Virus record (IMG/VR): IMGVR_UViG_2049941001_000006
Coordinates: 1 to 44,729 of that record
DNA from: a virus
DNA: 44,729 nt
Strand: one strand, 5' to 3'
Shown: positions 1-8,220 of the stretch, piece after piece
Layout: each line of letters opens with the position of its first letter
How positions within the stretch are numbered: position 1 is the first letter of the stretch
Program-made: the position numbers and the translations under genes
The notes under the pieces: generated by a model
What the model was told of the DNA's origin: nothing
What the model saw: only the letters and a program-made list of their open reading frames with translations
Database searches by the model: none

Positions 1-457
1 GAGGTGAACGGCGTGTTCTTGCTCGATTTCTACGACGAATCAGTGTGGCCGACGACATGAGCGAACTGGACGACACCATCGCCGCAGCGGTGCTGGCGCA
101 GGACATGGCAGATGTCCCGCTGGCGCGCGTGCGATTCAACCTGCCCGACAGCCAGGTGCTGCGCTACGTCAACAGCGCGCAGGCCTGCGAGACGGCCGCC
201 GGCACCTACCTGCCGGCACCCTTCGAGCTGGTGCTGCCGGCGGATGACGAGGGCGGCGACACCGGCGCCAGCCTGCGCATCGACCGCATCGACAACGACA
301 GCGTGGATCTGCTGCGCACCATCGAGGGCATACCCACCAGCGAGATCGAGGTCTACATGGCCTCCGATCCGGAGACGCCCTTCTTCGGCCCGGTGCAGCT
401 GCAGGTGCAGCAGGCCACCACCAGCGAGCCCAGCATCGAGCTGTCGCTCGGGCTGGA
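1..457. repeat. Terminal direct repeat, left copy (identical to 44273..44729)
   Basis: The window start gaggtgaacggcgtgttcttgctcgatttctacgacg... recurs from 44273 and runs to the last base. Unique genome length is 44272 bp. Confidence 0.95.
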
Positions 458-536
458 GGAGGACCTGATCAATCAGTCGATCCCGGCTCAGTCGGTGACG
501 CCGAGCAACTCGCCCGGCTACTGGGGGGCGGCATGA
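57..536 (+). CDS. Minor tail protein, DUF1833-like
   Basis: ATG 57 overlaps the stop of the upstream gene (ATGA, seen intact at 44329); an alternative GTG lies at 45. LARVRFNLPDSQVLRYVN..YLPAPFELVLPADDE..LRIDRIDNDSVDLL resembles the DUF1833 tail family. The gene sits just after the tape measure. Confidence 0.7.
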   Translation: MSELDDTIAAAVLAQDMADVPLARVRFNLPDSQVLRYVNSAQACETAAGTYLPAPFELVLPADDEGGDTGASLRIDRIDNDSVDLLRTIEGIPTSEIEVYMASDPETPFFGPVQLQVQQATTSEPSIELSLGLEEDLINQSIPAQSVTPSNSPGYWGAA

Positions 537-880
537 GCCTGGTCGACCACGTGGGCATCCCCTACGCCGGCCCGGGCTTCTGCGCGGTGCTGGCCGCGCG
601 CGTGCTGGCCGAGGCGGGCATCCCGTGGCCGCGCGTTCGGCGCCCGGAAGATGCAGACCAGTGGCAGCGCATCGCAGGCCCCGCGCGCCGCTACGACGTG
701 GTGGTGATGCGGGCCACCGACGGCTACCACGTCGGCGTGTGCCTTGGCGATGGGCGCTTCCTCCACGCAGAGGAGGGGAGCCGCAGCGGCTGCGATGACC
801 TGGCCTCGCCGCTGTTCGCCCCGCGCGTCGTGGGCATCTACCGCTACATCGGAGAGAGGAGGGCACCGTGCAACACCTGA
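533..880 (+). CDS. Tail-associated NlpC/P60-type peptidase (lambda gpK C-terminal-like)
   Basis: A Cys in GPGFCAVL and His motifs in GYHVGVCLGDGRFLHAEE match the papain-like NlpC/P60 pattern. There is an ATGA overlap with the upstream gene. Confidence 0.7.
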   Translation: MSLVDHVGIPYAGPGFCAVLAARVLAEAGIPWPRVRRPEDADQWQRIAGPARRYDVVVMRATDGYHVGVCLGDGRFLHAEEGSRSGCDDLASPLFAPRVVGIYRYIGERRAPCNT

Positions 881-3510
881 GCGTTCGGCCGCATCCGCTG
901 GCCCCGCCCGTCGTGGTCGAATTGCCGCCCGGACTGAGCATCCGCGGCATGCTGCAGCACGCCGCCGGCAACCGCCCGCTGCGCGAGGGCCTGCATGTGC
1001 AGGTGGACGGCCGCGATGTGCCCGAGGCCTACTGGGACCGCCTGCACCCGCGCACCGGCGCCCGCATCGTCGTTTCGGCACCGACGGCAACCAACGGCGG
1101 CAATACCAAACAGGTATTGGCCGCGGCGGTGATGATCGTGGTGTCGATCTATGCGCCTGGGTGGGGCTCGGCGATGGCCAAGGCCGCCGGCTGGTCGGCC
1201 ACCGCCGGAAAGTTCATCGCCGCCGGCATCATGCTCGGCGCCTCGCTGGCCGTCAGCGCCCTGGTGGCCCCGCACAGCAGCACCGACAGCAGCAGCGGCA
1301 ACAGCTGGCGCCAGCTCACCGGCACCGCCAACGGCTACAACCAGTGGGGGCGCATCCCCTGCGTGATCGGGCAGATGCGCTGGTATCCGCCCCATGCCGC
1401 GCTGCCCTACAGCGAGCAGCTCGGCGAGAAGAGTTACCACTATTACCTGTTCGAGCTAGGCTACGGTGACATCGAGGTCAGCGACATCCGCATCGGCGAG
1501 ACCAGCATCGACGAGTACGACGAGGTGGAATACCACGTCACCACGTCGCCCACGCTGTACAAGAACGACGTGGATGAACAGACGCTCGGTCTGACCATGG
1601 ACGACGAGGGTGACGTCAATGTCCGCACCACCTCGCCGAACACCGAGCGCATCACCGTCGTGCTGCTGTACGCGAACGGGCTGTATGGCGTCGGCACATC
1701 CGGAAAATCGTTCGAGCTGAACACGATCTGGGACATCCAGTACCGTGAGACCGGCAGCAGCGAATGGAAGCCGCTGCCATCGCCCACGCTATCTGGGCTG
1801 GCGCCGTTCGCCACTCGCTACAACGCCAGCGCACTGAACAAGAACGGGTTCAGTGTCGCCGTGTCATGGGACGTGCCTGCCGGCCAGTACGACGTGCGCG
1901 TCGAGCGCGCCTACAACCCCCGCGGCAGCAGCAAAAACACCTACGTGGATACGGCGCAGTGGGCCATCCTGCGCTCGCTGAAATACGTGGATGCCACTAC
2001 CACAGGCACCAACAAATTGGAGATGCGCATCCTTGCCACCGACCAGCTCAACAGCTCGTTGGACTCGCTGAGCCTGCTGCAGGGCCAGAAGATCAAGGCC
2101 TGGGATGACGAGGCCGAGGGCTGGGCCGATGCCGCCATCGTGACCAACGCCGCCTGGGTGGTGTATTGGCTGCTGACCGAGTGCCCCGCGCTTGCAAAGC
2201 ACGTCCCGGAAAGCCGCATGCTGCTGGACAACTGGCGCGCCTATGCCCGGTTCTGCGATGCACATGGGCTGGAAGCGCGTGACGTACTCGACAGCGCGAC
2301 GACCGTGCGCGACTACGCCGACAAGCTGCTGGCCAGCGCCCTCGGCGCGCTCGGACACACCGGCATGCACTACCACGTGGTGTACGACGACTTCGACGAC
2401 GACAGCGTGCCGTCGTGGACGTTCCTGCCGCTCGAAGTGACCAATTTCCAGTCCGTTCGCACCTTCACCGAGCTTCCGCACGCGCTGCGCGTGCAGTTCG
2501 TCAATGCCGAGAACGACTACATCGACGACGAGGTGATCGTCCTCGCCGATGGGTACAGCTACCGGGGCGTGGATGCCCGCGGGAATCCGAGTTCAGGCCC
2601 TGAGCCGACGAAATACGAAACCCTGAAAATGGAAACCGCCTGCACACCACAGCAGGCGTGGCGCTACGGCCGGTTCCACCTCGCCCAGGGCAAATACCGG
2701 CCGGAGACGCTCACCTGGGACAGCGACATTGCCGGATTCGGCGCTCGCCGCGGCAACCTTGTCAACGTCGGCACCCATGTCGTCAACTGGGGCGTGGGAT
2801 TCGGCACAATCGAGCGATTCGCCTTCTGCGCCTGGTCCTCGCTGTCCGGCATGACGGCCCCGGTGGGCCAGCGCGTGCCGGTGATGATCGATACCGGCAC
2901 CCACACCGACCCCGTCACCGGCGACACCGTGCCCAATGCCGGCGTGTACCAGCGCACCTCGGCCGGCTGGCGCTGGCTGCGCGCCTTGCAGGCGGGCGAG
3001 GGGCTGGACACTGTGCCGGACGGGACGCTGGCCGTGGTCTGGCTCGATCATGAGCTGCGCACCGACCCCGCCGAGACCTACCGCCTGCAGATCCGCAATG
3101 GTCGGGGCCAGCTGGATACCTGTGCCTGCCTGCCGCATGCCGGCACCGGCGCGGTGTTCTACCTGACCCAGCTGCCGACGGGCGTGGGCGTCGGCCATTA
3201 CTGTGCGCTCGGCACCAGCACTGAGGCCACCGTGCGCGTGCTGCTGACCGGCCGCACGCATAGCGCGCCGCTGGCCACATCATTCAGCGGCGTGCGCTAC
3301 GACAGCCGCGTCAAACCCTATTGGCAGGACCCGCCCGCGACCATCATCAGCGAAGTCACCGGCGAGGGCTACGGCACCCCGGCCACGCCCACAGTGGTGT
3401 CCGTGGTGTCAACCGCGGCCTCCGACGGCACCGACGATGCCGGCATCCGCACGGCCACAGTGCGCATCACGCCCAGCACCAGCAGCTGGTCCGCCCTGGA
3501 GGCCGCATGA
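868..3510 (+). CDS. Tail tip / host-specificity protein (gpI-like N-terminus fused to gpJ-like body)
   Basis: GTG start behind GGAGAGAGGAGG. The N-terminus RPHPLAPPVVVELPPGLSI plus the Gly/Ala hydrophobic stretch VLAAAVMIVVSIYAPGWGSAMAKAAGW is gpI-like. GRIPCVIGQMRWYPPHAALPYSEQLGEKSYHYYLFELGYGDIEV is typical of gpJ/COG4733 proteins. Confidence 0.8.
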   Translation: MQHLSVRPHPLAPPVVVELPPGLSIRGMLQHAAGNRPLREGLHVQVDGRDVPEAYWDRLHPRTGARIVVSAPTATNGGNTKQVLAAAVMIVVSIYAPGWGSAMAKAAGWSATAGKFIAAGIMLGASLAVSALVAPHSSTDSSSGNSWRQLTGTANGYNQWGRIPCVIGQMRWYPPHAALPYSEQLGEKSYHYYLFELGYGDIEVSDIRIGETSIDEYDEVEYHVTTSPTLYKNDVDEQTLGLTMDDEGDVNVRTTSPNTERITVVLLYANGLYGVGTSGKSFELNTIWDIQYRETGSSEWKPLPSPTLSGLAPFATRYNASALNKNGFSVAVSWDVPAGQYDVRVERAYNPRGSSKNTYVDTAQWAILRSLKYVDATTTGTNKLEMRILATDQLNSSLDSLSLLQGQKIKAWDDEAEGWADAAIVTNAAWVVYWLLTECPALAKHVPESRMLLDNWRAYARFCDAHGLEARDVLDSATTVRDYADKLLASALGALGHTGMHYHVVYDDFDDDSVPSWTFLPLEVTNFQSVRTFTELPHALRVQFVNAENDYIDDEVIVLADGYSYRGVDARGNPSSGPEPTKYETLKMETACTPQQAWRYGRFHLAQGKYRPETLTWDSDIAGFGARRGNLVNVGTHVVNWGVGFGTIERFAFCAWSSLSGMTAPVGQRVPVMIDTGTHTDPVTGDTVPNAGVYQRTSAGWRWLRALQAGEGLDTVPDGTLAVVWLDHELRTDPAETYRLQIRNGRGQLDTCACLPHAGTGAVFYLTQLPTGVGVGHYCALGTSTEATVRVLLTGRTHSAPLATSFSGVRYDSRVKPYWQDPPATIISEVTGEGYGTPATPTVVSVVSTAASDGTDDAGIRTATVRITPSTSSWSALEAA

Positions 3511-4553
3511 GCCGGGTAGCGACCACCACCGCGTGGGATCTGCGCTGGCGCCCGGCCAGCGGCGGCGCGTGGAGCACGATGCGCGTGCCCTACGGCAGCG
3601 AGATCACCCTCACCAGCCTGCCGCGCGGAGAAGCATTCCAGGCGCAGATACGCGCCGTCGCCGCCAGCGGCAAATCATCGCCCTGGGTGGACTGCGATTT
3701 CACCGTCGGCACCACCAACCGCACCGGCGCCGCCGCGCTGCCCAACGTGGCCAACCAGCAGGCCATGTGGGACGTGGACACCAGCGTCACCTTCGCCGCC
3801 AGCAGCGACAGCGCCGGCGCATCGGTGGCCACCATCAGTGTGTCCGCCGGCACCCTGGTGATCGGCGATGTAACGGTCGAGTACGGCGCCAGCAGCGCCA
3901 CGCTCACCGGCACCGCCGGCGACAGCGTCACCGTCTACCTGTACTACGACGACCCTGACCTGGCCGGTGGGACATTGCCGCTGGGCGTGACCACCAACAT
4001 CGTGGACAGCGCCAACGCTGCCGGCCGCGTCGCCATCAGCACGCTGACGTTCACCTACCCTGCCGCCGGCAGCAGTTCCAGCGGTGGCGGCGGCATCGGC
4101 GGCGGTGGCGGCAGCGGCGGCGCCTGCCCGAGTGTCGATGCCTGGGTGATCGAGCGCGAGCGCGGCGCCATCCGCGCTGGCGACGTGCGCGTGGGCGACT
4201 GGCTGCAGGGCGTGGACGGCGCATGGGTGCAGGTGACGTACAGCCAGCCCGAGCGCGTGCCCGGCGTGCAGTTGCTCAGCAGCAGCGGCGCCGCGCTGAC
4301 GTGCTCCACCAGCGCACCCATTCTCACCGCCGCCGGCGTGTTCGTCCTGGCCGAATGCCTGAGCGGCCAGCGCGTGCGCATCACCGGCCGCGGCGTCGAA
4401 CCCGTCACCGCCACCCCGCTCGGCTTGATCGACGTGCAGCACATCAGCTGCGCCGGCGAGTGGGCGCGCCGTGTGTTCCTCGTCGGCGACGCCCCGGGGG
4501 CCCTGTACCCGCATCACAACGTCAAGGCCATCATCGACGAACTGGAGGTCTGA
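3507..4553 (+). CDS. Tail fibre-like protein: FN3-like N-terminus, poly-Gly linker, C-terminal Hint (intein-like) domain
   Basis: ATG 3507 overlaps stop 3508-3510. An FN3-like segment reads WDLRWRPASGGAWSTMRVPYGSEITLTSLPRGEAFQAQIRAVAASGKSSPW. The linker is SSSSGGGGIGGGGGSGGA. The Hint-like part is CPSVDAWVIERERGAIRAGDVRVGDWLQGVDG ... LYPHHN. Confidence 0.65.
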   Translation: MSRVATTTAWDLRWRPASGGAWSTMRVPYGSEITLTSLPRGEAFQAQIRAVAASGKSSPWVDCDFTVGTTNRTGAAALPNVANQQAMWDVDTSVTFAASSDSAGASVATISVSAGTLVIGDVTVEYGASSATLTGTAGDSVTVYLYYDDPDLAGGTLPLGVTTNIVDSANAAGRVAISTLTFTYPAAGSSSSGGGGIGGGGGSGGACPSVDAWVIERERGAIRAGDVRVGDWLQGVDGAWVQVTYSQPERVPGVQLLSSSGAALTCSTSAPILTAAGVFVLAECLSGQRVRITGRGVEPVTATPLGLIDVQHISCAGEWARRVFLVGDAPGALYPHHNVKAIIDELEV

Positions 4554-4936
4554 TGAGCTACACCAAACGCACCGACATCCCCGTCGCCGCCGGCGAGGCC
4601 GCCGTCGAACTCGATACCGGCGAGCTGGTGGCAGTGGCGTGCACCCGCGAGGTGCGCGGCACGTCCCTGTATTTCCTCGCCACCGCCCGCGCGATCGATG
4701 CCAGCGGCAACGCCGTCACCGGCGCCGACGACCAGCCTGTGACCACCCAGCTGGCGATGACGCACACCGACATCGCCAGCGCCGACGACATGGCCCGCGA
4801 CTGCCTGCTCGCCGTGCTCGGTGAGAGCACCACCCTGATCCAGCCCACCCCGCCCGTGCAGGCCGCGAGCATCCGCCGCGCCCTGCAGCTGGCCCAAATC
4901 ACCACCGGCACCGTCGATGCCGGCGACATGCTCTGA
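4553..4936 (+). CDS. Hypothetical tail-module protein
   Basis: ATG 4553 overlaps the upstream TGA. Codon bias is high-GC3 and the product is 127 aa with no recognised motif. Confidence 0.5.
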   Translation: MSYTKRTDIPVAAGEAAVELDTGELVAVACTREVRGTSLYFLATARAIDASGNAVTGADDQPVTTQLAMTHTDIASADDMARDCLLAVLGESTTLIQPTPPVQAASIRRALQLAQITTGTVDAGDML

Positions 4937-4950
4937 GGAGACCTCGCACG

Positions 4951-6996
4951 ATGTCCACCATCCCCACGACCAGCTATCCCGCCGCTGACCTGCCGCTCAC
5001 CGCACCGGGCCAGACCGACAGCCTCATCGGCGTCGACGAGGCCACCCGCCGCCTGTGCCGGTTCCCGCTGTCCCAGCTGCCCGTTCCCGCCACGATGGAA
5101 GCGGCGCTGGATGGCATGCAGGATCAGGTGGACCAGCTCAATGCCGGTCGCAAGGGCTACCCCACTTGGGCTGATGCTGTGGCCGCCGCCGATGCCGTCG
5201 GCACCATCGTCGAGATCATCGGCGACGAAGGCACCCACACAGACCCGGTGAGTGGTGAAACCGTGTCGAACTCCGGGCGGTTTGTGATGACGTCGGGTGG
5301 GTTGGAGTGGAGGAGTGCGGATGCGCTGGCGTCGAAGGCCAACCAGTCCGACCTCGACGTAGTTTCGGAAAGTAAGGCGGACCAGTCGTACTTGGATGGG
5401 TTGTTGCGGCCAGCGGCGGCGGCACGACATGAAGCCGCGATCACGGACGACTACGGCAACGCCCTGATCGTGTTTTCCGATGCCGAAATCGAGCATCCGG
5501 TAATTCAGCAACTGCAAGAGGATGCCCCGACTGCTGCGGGGAAATTGATACATGTTGGTGGAGCGTCTCGACTTGCCGTAACGGATGAGGCGGGCAATGC
5601 ATGCGCTGTGTTCGACACTGAAAACCCCGGAAACGGTGGTACTGGCAGTACGCCGGAGTCGGATTACGTAATAGCGCCAGAAACGTGGTCGTATGGCGAC
5701 AGTGACGCTTGGAGCCGGGAAGATGATCTGGCGCAAACCGCCTATATTTTCGTGAGTTTCGGTCAGTCGAATGCAATCGGCACTAACAACGATACTGACA
5801 GCGTGATTTCATCAGAGGCAACCTACCCGGAAAACGCGCTGATGCCGGGGGCAGTGCGTGTAACGAGCGGCGGTCAATCGCTGGTTCCGCTGGTCGAAAG
5901 CGGCACCGGCAGCGTTAAGGAAACCGTGGTTTCTGCGGCGGTCAATCATTTCATTCGTGAGCACGATACGACGTTCGGTGTGCGCCCGACGATTGTCGGT
6001 TTTGCTGCCGGTGTCGGCGGTGCTCCGATGATGGCTCTGAAGCGCGGCAGCGAGGGATACGGCTATTTTCTGGCTGGCCTCACCGATGCGCTGGCTGGCC
6101 TGAAAGAACTGGGTTTCCGGAAGTTCATCACGGTCGTGAACTGGATTGGCAGCGAAGGTGATGCCGACAAGTTTTGGGGCATGACGGCGAGCCGGTATTG
6201 CAAGCAAGCCAAGGCATTCTTCCGTCAATTGCAGCAGGACGTGATGGAGCGCACTGGCGAGACTGTTCCGCCGCTGATCGTCTTACAGCCCATCGCGTAC
6301 AACCCTGACAGTCTGCACGGATCAGTGCCGTTGCCTGCGGGCGGCGTGCAGGCGCTGAACCTGTGGGATGCGCCCGTGTTGCGCGGGATGGCGTTGCTCG
6401 ATGGCGTGGACAACATCCGCGTTGCGCCGCCCGCATACGCATACCCGCATTCGACGGCGAGCGGCGACGGCTTGCATCGCAACTGCGCCGGGCATTATCA
6501 GTGCGGGGTCAATTTGGCTAAGGTAGCGTGGGCCGAACTCATCGGCACCGGCTGGCGTGGTTGCCGCCCGTCAATCACCGAAAAGCCCTACTGGTCCAGC
6601 GCCACGGAATTGATCGTGCCGTTCGACACGCAGGGCGGTGGCCCGGCAACATCAGGCGGGGATGACGGAACGGTGCTGGTGCTGGATACCAGCGGGGATC
6701 ATGTGACCCCGCTGACCAATCACGGCCTCGAATTCGATGACGGCAGCGGTTCCCCGCCGTCGATTACGAGCGTGAGCGTGTCCGGCAAAAACCTGGTTGT
6801 CACGCTCGCCAGCGCGCCAACTGGCCCACGCAAGCGGTTGTTCGGTGGACTCACGCCGAGTACCGCTGGTGGCGTCGGGCCTGTTACTGGCCCTCGTACA
6901 ACTATCAGAGATGCCTACGGCTGGTCGCCCATCCATGCATCTGCTAGCGCAACTCCCATCTACGATTTTTCGCTCCCATTCGCATTGGAGGTTTGA
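4951..6996 (+). CDS. Tail fibre/spike with SASA/SGNH-type carbohydrate O-acetylesterase domain
   Basis: GAGGAG RBS. The fibre-anchor motif GTHTDPVSGETVSNSG is shared with the gpJ-like protein. YIFVSFGQSNAIGTNN (GQSN block) and the distal SGDGLHRN (D..H) fit sialate-O-acetylesterase-like esterases. Confidence 0.7.
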   Translation: MSTIPTTSYPAADLPLTAPGQTDSLIGVDEATRRLCRFPLSQLPVPATMEAALDGMQDQVDQLNAGRKGYPTWADAVAAADAVGTIVEIIGDEGTHTDPVSGETVSNSGRFVMTSGGLEWRSADALASKANQSDLDVVSESKADQSYLDGLLRPAAAARHEAAITDDYGNALIVFSDAEIEHPVIQQLQEDAPTAAGKLIHVGGASRLAVTDEAGNACAVFDTENPGNGGTGSTPESDYVIAPETWSYGDSDAWSREDDLAQTAYIFVSFGQSNAIGTNNDTDSVISSEATYPENALMPGAVRVTSGGQSLVPLVESGTGSVKETVVSAAVNHFIREHDTTFGVRPTIVGFAAGVGGAPMMALKRGSEGYGYFLAGLTDALAGLKELGFRKFITVVNWIGSEGDADKFWGMTASRYCKQAKAFFRQLQQDVMERTGETVPPLIVLQPIAYNPDSLHGSVPLPAGGVQALNLWDAPVLRGMALLDGVDNIRVAPPAYAYPHSTASGDGLHRNCAGHYQCGVNLAKVAWAELIGTGWRGCRPSITEKPYWSSATELIVPFDTQGGGPATSGGDDGTVLVLDTSGDHVTPLTNHGLEFDDGSGSPPSITSVSVSGKNLVVTLASAPTGPRKRLFGGLTPSTAGGVGPVTGPRTTIRDAYGWSPIHASASATPIYDFSLPFALEV

Positions 6997-6999
6997 CCC

Positions 7000-7863
7000 A
7001 TGACCACGCTACGCATCATCATTCCTGGCAGCGGAAATGCATTTGAGAATCTCGGCCTCGGCAACTACGCTACGCCGTTCAAGGTCAAGCCGTACGCGCT
7101 GTATCCGCTCGCCAGCAGCCTGCTGATGACGGGTCAAACCGCTGGTCAGGATTTGCTGGGTGGCTCGCCACTGGTCGCGGTCGGCTCGCCGGTCGCGTCG
7201 GCGCAGTATTCCAGTTTATCGCAGAATAATTACTGGAAGACGCCCTGGACGGGTGCGTCGGCGCAATCGGCTGGCGATGGCTCCGGTCTCACGATGGCCG
7301 TTGTTTACAAAGCCCCCGCCAATTCCGACCCGACACAAGCCCCGACAACCGTTGGGCATCTGATCGGAAACTATGATTCTGTGGCAACTATTGAGGAAGG
7401 CATTAGCCTGATTTCTCGCAACGGAACCGGGACGGGGAATCTGCAAGCGATCCAGTCAGTTTCAGGCGGCGGCACCGGGCAAAACGGGTCTAACGTCAAT
7501 GGTGCCAACGCAGACCCGTATCGGGCCGATCACTGGACGTTCGCGCTGATGACCGCGCCAGCGTCCGGCCTCGCGCATGTGTGGGCGGGGTGGAGCGCGT
7601 ATACGCCCGGAGCTGTCAGCGGCGATACCGGCGCGGCTAAGGCGCTGGTACGCAGCGGAACGAACGGCACAGCAACCGCAACTCGCACTGGCGGCCCGCA
7701 GGCCCTCGGCATTGGCGGCGCGCCGTGGAGCGGCAATTATCCGAGCGGCGTTGCGCATGTTGCATTCGCGGGCATCTGGAATCGCGTAGTGAGCGATTCG
7801 GAGGTCGGTCAGATTTATTCCGATGCGCGAGCATGGCTGGCTGATGCCGGGATTGATCTGTAA
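7000..7863 (+). CDS. LamG / concanavalin-like lectin-fold protein (fibre accessory or receptor-binding)
   Basis: The C-terminal HVAFAGIWNRVVSDSEVGQIYSDA is the typical closing strand motif of LamG-type jelly-roll domains. The gene follows the fibre gene and shares its lower GC. Confidence 0.55.
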   Translation: MTTLRIIIPGSGNAFENLGLGNYATPFKVKPYALYPLASSLLMTGQTAGQDLLGGSPLVAVGSPVASAQYSSLSQNNYWKTPWTGASAQSAGDGSGLTMAVVYKAPANSDPTQAPTTVGHLIGNYDSVATIEEGISLISRNGTGTGNLQAIQSVSGGGTGQNGSNVNGANADPYRADHWTFALMTAPASGLAHVWAGWSAYTPGAVSGDTGAAKALVRSGTNGTATATRTGGPQALGIGGAPWSGNYPSGVAHVAFAGIWNRVVSDSEVGQIYSDARAWLADAGIDL

Positions 7864-7872
7864 CGATGCGTC

Positions 7873-7916
7873 GGCCCTGCTGTGCCGCGCGGGTGTTTGT
7901 AGGGGGGAGGCAGCAC
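7873..7916. repeat. Direct repeat A (remnant of the 3' end of the 10876..11238 lipoprotein gene plus a GTAG-type hairpin)
   Basis: The 18-nt core GCGCGGGTGTTTGTAGGG at 7887..7904 is identical to 11223..11240. Flanks GGCC.TGCTG and CAGCAC are also shared. In frame it spells ..PRGCL-stop, compared with ..LRGCL-stop for the real gene. Confidence 0.8.
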
Positions 7917-8019
7917 AGCGCTGCCGGCAGCTCGCCCCACGCGGGAGAGCGCGGTCTGTCCGTAAATGAGCTTGGTATTGCGGCGAGCAGGGCGCGCAGA
8001 CCCGCCGGTCTCGTCCGGC

Positions 8020-8220
8020 TCAGATGCTCGGCAGCGGGCCGGGCAGGACTAGCTCCTCGCCGGCTTGCCAGTCGCCGGTCCGGCGGTCGATGTGCAGGAT
8101 AGTAAACGGGGTCAGGTTCAGTTCCGAGCGCTGATGCGGGGTTGTCTGACTGCGTGATGTTGCGAGGTGGCTATCCAGCGGCTGGGGTTCCGGGTTGATG
8201 CCCCGGTCAGCAGAAGGCAT
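8020..8220 (-). CDS. Small hypothetical ORF downstream of umuC (66 aa)
   Basis: ATG 8220 overlaps the last 14 nt of umuC. GC3 is moderately high, the product (..NLTPFTILHIDRRTGDWQAGEELVLPGPLPSI) has no recognised motif, and no clear RBS is present. Confidence 0.25.
   Translation of the reverse strand: MPSADRGINPEPQPLDSHLATSRSQTTPHQRSELNLTPFTILHIDRRTGDWQAGEELVLPGPLPSI

Noticed and set aside
30-971. 313-aa minus-strand ORF across the first tail genes
   Set aside because: It is Arg/Pro/Gly/Ala-rich and antisense to motif-bearing genes (DUF1833, NlpC/P60). This is a typical high-GC shadow ORF.
4558-5736. 392-aa minus-strand ORF
   Set aside because: It is antisense to the fibre genes, has no motifs and has an off-frame composition.
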